From Spirochaetota bacterium (lineage in GTDB: Bacteria > Spirochaetota > UBA12135 > COTS27 > CBDBHE01), in NCBI GenBank assembly GCA_965205605.1, contig CBDBHE010000007.1:576229-640228 (forward strand): a stretch of DNA of 64,000 nucleotides, in the 5' to 3' direction. The position numbers were made by a program, and so were the translations under genes. Each line of letters opens with the position of its first letter. The stretch's first letter is position 1. The notes under the pieces were generated by a model. It worked only from the letters and a program-made list of their open reading frames with translations. It was not told the DNA's origin and searched no databases. Positions 1 to 9,266 of this stretch are shown in pieces.

Positions 1-1294
1 CTAAAGTGACGTAGTATGGTTTAAAGTTTGGATCACCATCGGTTAAAATTTTTAATATTCTTGCTCTAGCACCTATTTTAAAAGCGACTTGGTTTGTCAT
101 TATTGCAAAAGATTCTTGCTCCCATATTTTTCTACTATTTACAATATTCCCATTCCATTGACTACGAATTCCATTAATTATAGGATAATAATCAAAAAAG
201 CTATGGTCTAAATCCCAGTGAAGCCATTGCCATTTTGGATGAGGGTGTTTTAAATTCAAAAAAAGGGCCCCTTGAAACCAATCAGTCGTACCGCAAAAAA
301 TAAAAGTGAAAGTATTGTAAAAATAATTTTCAAAATCAATAAGGTTTGAAAGCTCTAAAAAAGAAAGAATTTTTTTTTGATTAATTTTTTCCTTCAAAGG
401 ATTTTTAAACTCTTTTATGATGTGATTGAAAAAATCGTTTTCTTTAGAAAAAGTGGTTTGCCTTTGACGAGATCTTCTTTTAAAAAAATAAAAACTAGAA
501 TGTTTAAGTTTATTTTTTAAAGTTTTTGTGCCCATAAACTCGGTTACATAACCAAAGCCTTTCTTTTTTCTATTGATGTAAAGTATCATAGGGTAATAAT
601 CTTGTGATAAAGAATCTCCTAATAACTTAGAGACTTTACTTGCAAGTTTTAGAGGGTAAAATCGTGGACCAAGTTTAAAAACAAGGCGGTTAATGGGATA
701 ATCGTTTTCTTTTGGGTTGGAATATAAAACACGAGCATTAATGGAGTCTGTCCCATAACTTTTTCTTAAATAGGCTCTTAGGTGAAAATTATGGTTAAAT
801 TTTGACTTGTCTGCTCTAACAGTGCCTCCGTGAAATCGGATGCCTACTTGAGTGGTTGGTAAAATCATTTTTTTTTTATCGCTGTAAATCGTTAATGTTG
901 CAAGCTTTTCGACCTTGCGTCCTCTTTGGCTTTTTGTTGCAATAATACCTGTTTTTTCGTCATAGATGTCTTTAGGATCGATATGAAAGGAAACAACATA
1001 GCAATTAGAATAAAAATTAAATTGATCGATTGATTCAATCTTATGATTTTTATTTTTTACTTGAGAAGATGGGTAATAATCATAATACGTTTTTGTTAAA
1101 GGATTGGGGTTTTTGATGGCTTTAAGGTATCCTAGATTCGAGAGTCTTTTTCCTAGTTTTGTGCTATTGACAAAACGTTCTGAGATGAAGTTTTGTTCTG
1201 GTTTTTTTGTCTTAGAGTCTTCAAAAAAAAAGATAAGACTTAATGAAAGGGTGAAAATGAAAACAAGTGAAGTAATAAAGGTTGATGGATACAA
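1..1294 (-). CDS. CotH-like atypical kinase family protein, probably secreted (C-terminus lies beyond the left window edge)
   Basis: Absent from the ORF track because the frame has no stop inside the window. My hand translation of the minus strand is open from the TTG at 1294 to base 1, more than 430 codons. An in-frame TAA lies two codons upstream of that TTG. The N-terminus has a hydrophobic signal-like segment, YPSTFITSLVFIFTLSLSLIFFF. CotH-like motifs are IRFHGGTVRADKSKFNHNFHL and WLHWDLDHSFFDYY. Confidence 0.7.
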   Translation of the reverse strand, partial: MYPSTFITSLVFIFTLSLSLIFFFEDSKTKKPEQNFISERFVNSTKLGKRLSNLGYLKAIKNPNPLTKTYYDYYPSSQVKNKNHKIESIDQFNFYSNCYVVSFHIDPKDIYDEKTGIIATKSQRGRKVEKLATLTIYSDKKKMILPTTQVGIRFHGGTVRADKSKFNHNFHLRAYLRKSYGTDSINARVLYSNPKENDYPINRLVFKLGPRFYPLKLASKVSKLLGDSLSQDYYPMILYINRKKKGFGYVTEFMGTKTLKNKLKHSSFYFFKRRSRQRQTTFSKENDFFNHIIKEFKNPLKEKINQKKILSFLELSNLIDFENYFYNTFTFIFCGTTDWFQGALFLNLKHPHPKWQWLHWDLDHSFFDYYPIINGIRSQWNGNIVNSRKIWEQESFAIMTNQVAFKIGARARILKILTDGDPNFKPYYVTL

Positions 1295-1334
1295 ATTTAT
1301 TTAGGCAGGCTTTTGTCGTTAAAAATGATAAATC

Positions 1335-2037
1335 TTAAGAAAGATAAGTCTGAAAAGAAACCGTTTTACATTGTTTTTGAATTAGCTTTTTTGCTTTTTC
1401 AAGACTTTCCATCTTATCTTGAAAGAAACGATATGAGATAGTTAAAGTGTTTTCTTTTTCAATTAGATTTTCTACTTTGCCACTCAGGTTTGATTTTAAA
1501 AGGTGGATGATATCGATTAAATTGTTATTTCCTTTATCTTTGAAATAAATCACAAAAAGACCATTTTCTTGATTTTTTTTAATAAAAAATTGTAAAAAAG
1601 TATTTTTATTAACAAAGAGTAAACCAAGGATTGTGATCAAGAGAGTGACTAAAAGCAGCTTATGGTTGGCTGTAGCACAGATAAGAGAAGTGGCAATAAT
1701 GAGCATTAAAAAGCCAATTTCTTCAGGCTCTTTAATGGGGGTCCTAAAGCGGACAATGGAAAGAGCCCCTAAAAGCCCTAAAGACAGAGGTAAGGAATGC
1801 TGTAAAGTAATAAAAATACTGGTGATACTAATGGGATAATAAAGGAAAGGCATGATGGAGTTGGCTGCCTGTTGCACGACTTTTATAAAATTTCAGATAC
1901 AGTTTGCTAATTAAAAGAGAGACTAGAAAAGAGGTGAGAATTAAGAAAAAATAGACGCTTATGGATTCTCCTTTTGTAAAAATTTTTAGCACATAATAAA
2001 GTGCTTTTTTAATTTTTATGACTAAATCCATATACAT
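1335..2037 (-). pseudogene. DUF4956 family membrane protein, apparently split by a frameshift (ORFs 1828..2037 and 1335..1877)
   Basis: The 180-aa ORF carries the family signature LGLLGALSIVRFRTPIKEPEEIGFLML. The overlapping upstream 69-aa ORF supplies the expected N-terminal TM helix and the Y-K-S segment (FFLILTSFLVSLLISKLYLKFYKS). The downstream ORF only has a GTG start. Confidence 0.55.
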
Positions 2038-2056
2038 TAGAGTGGGTATCCTTTTT

Positions 2057-2741
2057 TCAGAATGATTGGTTCATTGAATGAAGTGCTAAGTAAGCTTTAT
2101 AATACTTTGAAATGGCTTCTTTCTTAAGATTTGCAAACTCTAAGAGTGTTTCCATCGAAGGAGGGACTTGCCTTTTTGAAGTTTTAATTTCTAAAACCCC
2201 AAATTTAAAAGGAAGTAAAGAAGGATGCTTGATTTTTAAAAGAGGATGAACGCTTTCAATTTGGATTGTTTTGTCCAAAGCGATACGAGTATGGGTTTCG
2301 GCTTCTGTAAAACGCAACCTTTGATAAGTAATTTTTAATGTAGGCAAACGAAATTCTTCAGCATCAAGGTAGGAGGAGATATGATTTTGAGAAAAAAGAT
2401 GCCAACGCTCATCGGATAAAGGCAATTTTTTTAGAATCGTTGGGAAGGGGTTGATTTCGATTCTTTTTTTAGATCGTTTTCGATTTTTTTTACTTTTAAT
2501 TTCAAAAAAGGTAAGCGTTTTTGTTGTCTTTTGACTCATACCAACGAATGCGAGTTTTTTGTTTAAAAAAATCGCTATTTTCCTTTTCAAATATTGATTT
2601 TAAATCAAGGGTGTCATAGTAGACACTACAAATTTTATTGTTAGGGTAAAAAGAGGGGTCTGTAAGATAATTAAATGAAAGAGAGACTTGGAGGGGGTCT
2701 ATTTTTTCAAGTGGGACTTGATATTTTATTTCAAAGTTCAT
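2057..2741 (-). pseudogene. VTC (polyphosphate-polymerase-type, CYTH-like) domain protein, split by a frameshift (ORFs 2502..2741 and 2057..2590)
   Basis: The N-terminal half reads FEIKYQVP...VYYDT...RIRWYESKDNKNAYLF*. The C-terminal half reads TLTFFEIKSKKNRKRSKKRIEI... Removing one base from the T6 run on the coding strand (A6 at 2504..2509 on plus) joins them as AYLFEIKSKK, giving about 227 aa. Confidence 0.6.
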
Positions 2742-2828
2742 TAATTGTTTAGAGTTATTTTAATGATGAAATCCTTGATGATTTAATTTTTTAAAGAAAT
2801 TATCATCACCAAAGATCCTTTGTTAATC

Positions 2829-3464
2829 TTAATACTTTACCCTACACCCATAAGGCACTGTTTTTTGTTGGAGAGGTTTTTTGCCTTCAAGCAAGCTATT
2901 TAAAGATAGTTTAACATAATTTTTAGCTTTTTTAATATCTTTTTTTTGAGCTGAACGAATGGAATCAATTGCTCCATCATAAACGAGGGCCCCATTTTTA
3001 TCAATAATAAACATGTGAGGAGTGGTTTTGGCTTGATATTTTTTTCCGACTTTACTTTTTGCATCGATGAGATAGGCTGTTTGATAAGAGGCTTGAGATT
3101 GTATTTTTTTTTCAATTGCTTCAGTTGAATAATAACCTCCCTTTTTTTTTTTTGAAGAGCAAATAGAAAGCCAAATTACTTTTTTTTGAGTGAATTCTTT
3201 TTGGAGGTTTTGCATATTTTTAGATTGATAGTGTTTTTTTACAAAAGGGCAATCAAAATTAATCCATTCAAGGACAACAATTTTTCCTTTATAGTCAGAT
3301 AATTTGTGAGAATTTCCCTTATGATCTTTTAAGGTAAAATGAGGGGCTTTTTGATTGATGATAGCATCCGCATAAAGAAATGCTGATGAGGTGATAAAAA
3401 AAGTAGCTAACAAAATGAGTAAGACTACTTTTATAGGCATTATTTTTTGAAGATTTTTTTTCAT
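2829..3464 (-). CDS. Secreted thioredoxin-fold (redoxin/TlpA-like) protein
   Basis: Signal peptide MKKNLQKIMPIKVVLLILLATFFITSSAFLYA. Motifs VLEWINFDCPFVKKHY, TTPHMFIIDKNGALVYDGAID and a C-terminal YGCRVKY. Confidence 0.75.
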   Translation of the reverse strand: MKKNLQKIMPIKVVLLILLATFFITSSAFLYADAIINQKAPHFTLKDHKGNSHKLSDYKGKIVVLEWINFDCPFVKKHYQSKNMQNLQKEFTQKKVIWLSICSSKKKKGGYYSTEAIEKKIQSQASYQTAYLIDAKSKVGKKYQAKTTPHMFIIDKNGALVYDGAIDSIRSAQKKDIKKAKNYVKLSLNSLLEGKKPLQQKTVPYGCRVKY

Positions 3465-3493
3465 AATGACTCCTTTTTTATTAAGTGATTATT

Positions 3494-4738
3494 TTATAAA
3501 TTACTGACGATTATTTGTGCAAATTCAGAGGTTTTTACTAGAGTTGCTTCAGGGATGAGTCGATGGAAATCATAAGTAACTTTTTTTTGTTTAATAGTTT
3601 CCTTCATCCCTTTTAAAACCATCTGACCGGCTTGTTTCCAACCTAAATATTGTAACATCATTTCAGCGGAAAGAATCAAAGAGCTTGGATTAATGACATT
3701 TTTATTAGCGTATTTTGGAGCGGTACCGTGAGTGGCTTCAAAGATACCTACTTTGGTATCATAATTAATATTAGCCCCTGGAGCGATGCCAATCCCACCT
3801 ACTTGAGCGGCTAAGGCATCTGATAAATAATCTCCATTTAAGTTCATGGTTGCAATGACGTCATATTCTTTAGGACGAAGGAGGATTTGCTGTAAAAAAG
3901 CATCTGCGATGACATCTTTAATAATGATTTCTCTTCCATTTTTTTTAATGACTTGCCAAGGCCCCCCTTGATGATCAGTTGCCCCAAAAGCTTCTTTTGC
4001 CAGGTCATACCCCCAATTTCGAAAAGCTCCTTCTGTAAACTTCATAATGTTGCCTTTGTGTACTAACGTAACAGAATCTCTATTGTGTTCGATGGCATAT
4101 TCGATGGCAGCTTTAATCAGTCGTTTACTTCCTTCCTCAGAAATAGGTTTGATGCCAATACCAGAAGTTTCAGGAAAACGAATTTTAGTGACGTTTAGTT
4201 GTTCTTGAAGAAATTGAATGAGTTTTTTTGCTTCATCAGAACCTTTTTCAAATTCAATCCCCGCATACACATCTTCTGAGTTTTCTCTAAAAATAACCAT
4301 ATCAATGTCTTGAGGGTTGGTCACAGGAGAAGGGACCCCTTCAAAATGAGCCACAGGTCTAAGACAAGTATATAAATCCAGTTTTTGCCTAAGAGTAACA
4401 TTTAAACTACGAAAACTTCCCCCTACAGGTGTGGTTAAAGGGCCTTTAAGACCAACTAAAAATTCTTTAAAAGCATCAATGGTTTGATCTGGTAGCCACT
4501 GATTAAATTGATTTTTCGCTTTTTCTCCAGCGTACACTTCCATCCATACAATTTTTTTCTCTCCCCCATAAGCTTTCTCAACGGCTTGATCAATCACATA
4601 TTTACAAGCTTTCCAAATATCAGGACCAATCCCGTCTCCTTCAATAAAAGGAATGATTGGCTTATTAGGGATATTTAAACGTCCTTGTTTTAAAGATATT
4701 TTTTCCCCTTCTGTTGGGATCGTTAATTTTTTTTCCAT
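3494..4738 (-). CDS. icd: NADP-dependent isocitrate dehydrogenase
   Basis: 414 aa. Conserved blocks [41 protein letters not shown] and [11 protein letters not shown]. Confidence 0.95.
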   Translation of the reverse strand: MEKKLTIPTEGEKISLKQGRLNIPNKPIIPFIEGDGIGPDIWKACKYVIDQAVEKAYGGEKKIVWMEVYAGEKAKNQFNQWLPDQTIDAFKEFLVGLKGPLTTPVGGSFRSLNVTLRQKLDLYTCLRPVAHFEGVPSPVTNPQDIDMVIFRENSEDVYAGIEFEKGSDEAKKLIQFLQEQLNVTKIRFPETSGIGIKPISEEGSKRLIKAAIEYAIEHNRDSVTLVHKGNIMKFTEGAFRNWGYDLAKEAFGATDHQGGPWQVIKKNGREIIIKDVIADAFLQQILLRPKEYDVIATMNLNGDYLSDALAAQVGGIGIAPGANINYDTKVGIFEATHGTAPKYANKNVINPSSLILSAEMMLQYLGWKQAGQMVLKGMKETIKQKKVTYDFHRLIPEATLVKTSEFAQIIVSNL

Positions 4739-4778
4739 TTTTTTGTCCTTTGTATTATTGGATTAATAATACTTTTTT

Positions 4779-5744
4779 TTATGATTTTTCTAAAATTATT
4801 TTTTCAAGTTTAACAGTATCTTGAGCAAATTTTCGAATTCCTTCTGACAGCTTTTCGATTGCCATCGCATCTTCGTTTAACATCCACCGAAACCGTTTTT
4901 CATTAATAACTTCTTTTTTTAAATCCATTTTTTTTGCTTGTTCAATTGAAAGTTCTTTTTTAACACTTTGATTACTTTGTTTTAAATCTTTTAGCAGACT
5001 TGGAGAAATGGTGAGTAAATCACAACCACTAAGGGCTATAATTTGATCGATATTCCTAAAAGAAGCTCCCATAATTTCTGTTTGGTAGTCAAACTTTTTA
5101 TAATAATGGTAAATCATTTTCACTGATTTGACACCTGGATCATCTGTGCTTGCAAAACTTGTTTTGTTTTCATTCTTACAATACCAATCAAAAATACGGC
5201 CGACAAAAGGAGAAATCAAAGTCGCTCCTACCTGAGCACAATAAAGAGCTTGAGGGAAACTAAAAAGCAAGGTCATATTGCAATGAATGCCTTCTTTTTC
5301 CAATTGTTTAGCTGCTTCAATCCCTTCCCAAGTGGAGGCGATTTTAATTAAAATGCGACTACGATCAATGTTGTCTTCTTCATATAGTTTAATCACGTTT
5401 CTCGCTTTGTCTAAGGTTGTTTGAGTATCAAAAGAATATCGAGCATCGACTTCTGTTGAAACTCTTCCGTCGATGAGTTTTAAAATTTCTTTTCCAAACT
5501 TAACATAAAGTTTGTCTAAACAAAGAGAAAGCCATTGATTTTGATTAGAAGAGGCTTTTTTTGCTTGGGTAATGGCTTCTTTGATAAAGCCTTGATATTC
5601 TTGCATTTGAGTGGCTTGGTAAATAAGGGTTGGGTTTGTGGTGGCATCTTTTGGTTTAAAAGTTGCAATGGATTTAAGATCACTTGTATCGGCTACAAGC
5701 GTGGTGTGCTTTTTTAATTGGTTGAGTGAATGAGTTGTTGTCAT
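4779..5744 (-). CDS. tal: Transaldolase
   Basis: LVADTSDLKSI...DATTNPTLI and ILIKIASTWEGIEAAKQLEKEGIHCNMTLLFS. Confidence 0.93.
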   Translation of the reverse strand: MTTTHSLNQLKKHTTLVADTSDLKSIATFKPKDATTNPTLIYQATQMQEYQGFIKEAITQAKKASSNQNQWLSLCLDKLYVKFGKEILKLIDGRVSTEVDARYSFDTQTTLDKARNVIKLYEEDNIDRSRILIKIASTWEGIEAAKQLEKEGIHCNMTLLFSFPQALYCAQVGATLISPFVGRIFDWYCKNENKTSFASTDDPGVKSVKMIYHYYKKFDYQTEIMGASFRNIDQIIALSGCDLLTISPSLLKDLKQSNQSVKKELSIEQAKKMDLKKEVINEKRFRWMLNEDAMAIEKLSEGIRKFAQDTVKLEKIILEKS

Positions 5745-5805
5745 TTTTTTTACAAAATAATTTTATCATATTTAGAAGACTTTTTTTTTAAGTTTTTCCT
5801 GTGTT

Positions 5806-6612
5806 TTAAAACATAGCTAGAGATTGACTAATTTTTTTTCCATAATCATTTTTTTTTAAAATAATCTGGTCAATTTCGATGACAGTGCGTACCCCTGAAA
5901 CTGAATTTAAATACAACATTTCATCACAAGATTTAAGCATGTTCCATGAAAATCCTTTTTTATATTTAATGTGAGTAAAAAAATGCTTTGCGTTTTTAAT
6001 CATCATGGCTTGCATAATGCCTGGTAAAATGGTTTCACTTGGATCAATGAGGTAAAGTTTTTTTTTTTTAACAAGGGCAATATTCGCATACGCGCATTCG
6101 ATGGCTTTCTTTTGATGATTGAAAATCAAAAGATCTGTTTTGGAGCATGCATCTAAAGCATGATGGATTTCCATTAAATTGGCAGTTTTGTGCTTTCTAA
6201 GAGGAGTTAAGCTGATGGAGTGTTTTGAAGAAAGGCTGAGTGTTTTTGAAGGAAGAGAGATGCTTTGTGTTAAAATAAGGCATTGAGATTGCTTTTGGTT
6301 TATTTTTGTTATTAAGATTTTAATTTTGACTCGTTTGTTTAAAAATTGATTTTTTTCAAGAAGAGAGAAGACTTGTTTTTTGATTTTTTTTAAAGGGGGT
6401 TTTTTGATTTTGAAAGCATCACAAGTTAATTGGAGTCTTTGTAAATGTTCTTTTAAAAAATAAATAGTATGGTTGTGATACAGCAAAGTTTCAAAAACAC
6501 CTAGTCCATATTGAAAATATAAAGAATAAGGGTTTAAAAAAACCTTTTTAAAAGAAACAATTTCATTATCCCAAAAAACATAATGACCACCCGTTTGTTG
6601 GCTTTTACTCAA
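5806..6612 (-). CDS. pabC: Aminodeoxychorismate lyase / class IV aminotransferase-fold protein
   Basis: YGLGVFETLL motif, and the gene sits directly downstream of pabA-pabB. The ORF track start at 6711 overlaps pabB by 107 nt. I prefer the TTG at 6612, which overlaps the pabB stop (tttGAGTAA / TTGagtaaa). The start is uncertain. Confidence 0.65.
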   Translation of the reverse strand: MSKSQQTGGHYVFWDNEIVSFKKVFLNPYSLYFQYGLGVFETLLYHNHTIYFLKEHLQRLQLTCDAFKIKKPPLKKIKKQVFSLLEKNQFLNKRVKIKILITKINQKQSQCLILTQSISLPSKTLSLSSKHSISLTPLRKHKTANLMEIHHALDACSKTDLLIFNHQKKAIECAYANIALVKKKKLYLIDPSETILPGIMQAMMIKNAKHFFTHIKYKKGFSWNMLKSCDEMLYLNSVSGVRTVIEIDQIILKKNDYGKKISQSLAMF

Positions 6613-7930
6613 AGAAGACTTGTTTAATAATTTTTTCTTTGTGTTTTGTTTCTGTAAGTTCGTCTTGTTCATTGGATAAAAGGGTGATGCCTCCCCCCAC
6701 ACGATATTCAAAGTTAGATTTTATAATGTGAATGGTACGAATGAGTACATTAAACTCGCATTCATTACTAAAAGAAAAATAACCGAGAGAACCTGTATAA
6801 ACACCTCTAGATTCTTTTTCCAAATGATCGATCATTTGACAGGTTTTTATTTTAGGAGCGCCTGTTACTGAACCCGATGGGAATAAAGCATTAAAAATAT
6901 CGATCATTGCTTGATGTGTTTTACCTTTAATATGAGCGCTTAAGTGATGAACATTGTTATAAGTACTTAAAATAGGAAAGGCTTGTACTTTTACACTATG
7001 AGGGAGACAAATTTTGGATAAATCATTTCTCATTAGGTCAGTTATCATGGCCAGTTCGGCTAAGTTTTTTTTTGATTGAAGGAGTTGTTTTTTAATTTTT
7101 TCATCTAAAGATTGATTTTGTTTTTTTTGGATGGTGCCTTTAATGGGAGCAACTTCAAGAGTATTTTTAGAATAAATAAAAAATCTTTCAGGTGAAGTTG
7201 AAATAATTGTGCCAAAGGGAGTTTCTAAAATGCCTTCATAAGGAGCTGGATTTTTTAAAAAAAGATTTTTACAAATCGTTTGAGTTGATTTTTTTTTTTG
7301 ACCCATAATTTTTCGACTAATGTTGACTTGATAAGTATTACCTTTCATAATTTGTTTTTTGATTTTTCTAATTAATGTCTCGTAATTTGTTTTTTGATTT
7401 TTTTTAAAAGAATAATTTGATTTCATTTTTTTTTTCTTTTTATCAAAAATAGGGTTTGTTTTCAATTGCTGTCTGATGATTAAGCAAGACTGTTTTGTTT
7501 GGTTATAAACTTCGATGGTTTGGTATAAAACGAGGTAGATGTTTTCACTTGGACTAGGGAAGGTTTTAAAAAGGTTTCTTTCTTCAAGGTGATTTTTATA
7601 ATCATAAGAAAAAATTCCAATTAAACCTCCTTCAAAAGGAAAATGAGTTTTTTTCAAGTGTTTGTTTTCTTCCATAAAATCTTTTAAAAAATTTGAGCTA
7701 TTCTTAAAAGAGTAAGTTTTTTCTTCTTTATGAAACAAGCAATGTGTTTGATAAAAACTAACAAGGGGATTGTAAGCTAAAAGATGTATTTTTTCTTTTT
7801 TTTTTTCAAAAAGTTTTCCAGTGTGAAGCAAGACTCCTTGATGACTTAAAACCGTTAAAAGAGCGTTGTCTAAAAAAAATGATTTTTGAGTTAAATTAAA
7901 AGAGAGATCAATTAAAAAAGTCTTTGGCAT
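6605..7930 (-). CDS. pabB: Aminodeoxychorismate synthase component I (chorismate-binding enzyme)
   Basis: SPERFF, APIKGT, MITDLMRNDLSKIC, PSGSVTGAPKIKTCQMI, ESRGVYTGSLGY and GGGIT. Confidence 0.88.
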   Translation of the reverse strand: MPKTFLIDLSFNLTQKSFFLDNALLTVLSHQGVLLHTGKLFEKKKEKIHLLAYNPLVSFYQTHCLFHKEEKTYSFKNSSNFLKDFMEENKHLKKTHFPFEGGLIGIFSYDYKNHLEERNLFKTFPSPSENIYLVLYQTIEVYNQTKQSCLIIRQQLKTNPIFDKKKKKMKSNYSFKKNQKTNYETLIRKIKKQIMKGNTYQVNISRKIMGQKKKSTQTICKNLFLKNPAPYEGILETPFGTIISTSPERFFIYSKNTLEVAPIKGTIQKKQNQSLDEKIKKQLLQSKKNLAELAMITDLMRNDLSKICLPHSVKVQAFPILSTYNNVHHLSAHIKGKTHQAMIDIFNALFPSGSVTGAPKIKTCQMIDHLEKESRGVYTGSLGYFSFSNECEFNVLIRTIHIIKSNFEYRVGGGITLLSNEQDELTETKHKEKIIKQVFFE

Positions 7931-8486
7931 AATAAGTAAAAAAGTTTTTAATCATTCTAAACCCAAAAGGAGTTAAAAATGACTCTGGGTGAAATTGTAT
8001 CCCGACAATTGGATGGACTGGGTGCTCTAAAGCCATGACTTCTTTTTGACTAAAAGCAGTTGTTTTTAAAGACGTTGAGATAGGATTTGCACAAAGAGAA
8101 TTGTACCGACAAGCCAGAAATACTTTAGGTATTTTGGAAAAAAAAAGTGATTTTTGATGAGAAACTTTGACTTGCGATCCGTGAGTTGGAGTTTTTGAAA
8201 AGTTTGTTTTTCCTTTAAAAAATTCATTAATAATTTGCATTCCAAGACAAATGCCTAAAATAGGTTTTTTTTGATATTTTTTTATTATTTTAAGACAGAG
8301 CCCACTTTTTTTAGGCGTCATTGGTCCAGGTGAAATGACTAAAGCATCGGCTTGAATGGTTTTAAGAGAAAAGTCTCGGTTTCGTTTTATAACAATACAA
8401 GTATTTTTGATTTGTTTGTTAATGAGGTGAGAGAGGCTATAAGTAAAAGAATCATAATTGTCAATAATAAGAATTGTTTTTTTCAT
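7908..8486 (-). CDS. pabA: Glutamine amidotransferase component II (PabA/TrpG type)
   Basis: ILIIDNYDSFTYSL, GPMTP, ILGICLGMQ and GIQFHPES. Confidence 0.9.
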   Translation of the reverse strand: MKKTILIIDNYDSFTYSLSHLINKQIKNTCIVIKRNRDFSLKTIQADALVISPGPMTPKKSGLCLKIIKKYQKKPILGICLGMQIINEFFKGKTNFSKTPTHGSQVKVSHQKSLFFSKIPKVFLACRYNSLCANPISTSLKTTAFSQKEVMALEHPVHPIVGIQFHPESFLTPFGFRMIKNFFTYYAKDFFN

Positions 8487-8492
8487 AAATTA

Positions 8493-9245
8493 TCAAGTGT
8501 TTAATTTTTTTTTCAAAAGATACATTAAAATACCAGAAGCCACAGAAGCATTAAGAGAATTAAAATGACCAACGCCTTTAAGACCGATGAGATAATCACT
8601 TTCTCTTAAAAGATGAGGGCGAATTCCTTTTTCTTCGGACCCAATAATAAGACATGCTTTAGAGTTTAGCTTAAGATCTTCTAAATTGTTTGTTTGTAAG
8701 TCGTTTGCTTTAGAAGCGATGATTTGATAATCGTGTTGTTTTAAAGCCTCCACAGATTTTAGTAATTTTTCAGTTTTAAAAAAAGGAACTAAAAGAGACG
8801 CTCCTGAAGAAATTTTGTGTACGGTATGATTAATGGGAGCTGAATTTTTGCTTTCAATCATCATCAAGCAACAACCAAAATAATGAGCACTTCGAGTAAT
8901 AGCTCCTAAATTATGAGGGTCTTGAATCCCATCTAAGACAATAATAAAATGATTTTTTGAGATCTGTTTGTAAAGAAAATCTTCTAAATTAGAAATAAAA
9001 CGGGTCCCGTATTTGAGTTCAGCGAGGATTCCTTGATGCATATCTTCGGGACTGAGATAGTTGATTTCTTCTTTTTCAACAAAAAAAAATTGAATCTTCT
9101 TTTTTTTTAACTGATCAATTAAGTTTTGTATTTTTGGAGATACGCGACCTTTTTTAAAGTACACTTTTTTAAAAACATACCCTTCATTTAAAGCTTCTTT
9201 AATAGGATGGTAGCCGTAGAGATATTCTTTTTTTTCTTCTTTCAT
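8493..9245 (-). CDS. rlmB: TrmH/SpoU-family 23S rRNA 2'-O-methyltransferase
   Basis: N-terminal LYGYHPIKEAL, LDGIQDPHNLGAITRSA, GSEEKGIR and NSLNASVASGILMY. Confidence 0.85.
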   Translation of the reverse strand: MKEEKKEYLYGYHPIKEALNEGYVFKKVYFKKGRVSPKIQNLIDQLKKKKIQFFFVEKEEINYLSPEDMHQGILAELKYGTRFISNLEDFLYKQISKNHFIIVLDGIQDPHNLGAITRSAHYFGCCLMMIESKNSAPINHTVHKISSGASLLVPFFKTEKLLKSVEALKQHDYQIIASKANDLQTNNLEDLKLNSKACLIIGSEEKGIRPHLLRESDYLIGLKGVGHFNSLNASVASGILMYLLKKKLNT

Positions 9246-9266
9246 GATCTATGTATTATTGATGAT

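Noticed and set aside
1104-1304. 66-aa plus-strand ORF from the track
   Set aside because: It lies antisense to the 5' end of the long CotH-like reading frame. It has no motif or RBS and looks like a chance ORF.
2742-2828. Imperfect inverted repeat TGATGAT...ATCATCA downstream of the thioredoxin-like gene, considered as a terminator
   Set aside because: The arms are only 7 bp, the loop is about 19 nt, and no T tract follows on the relevant strand.
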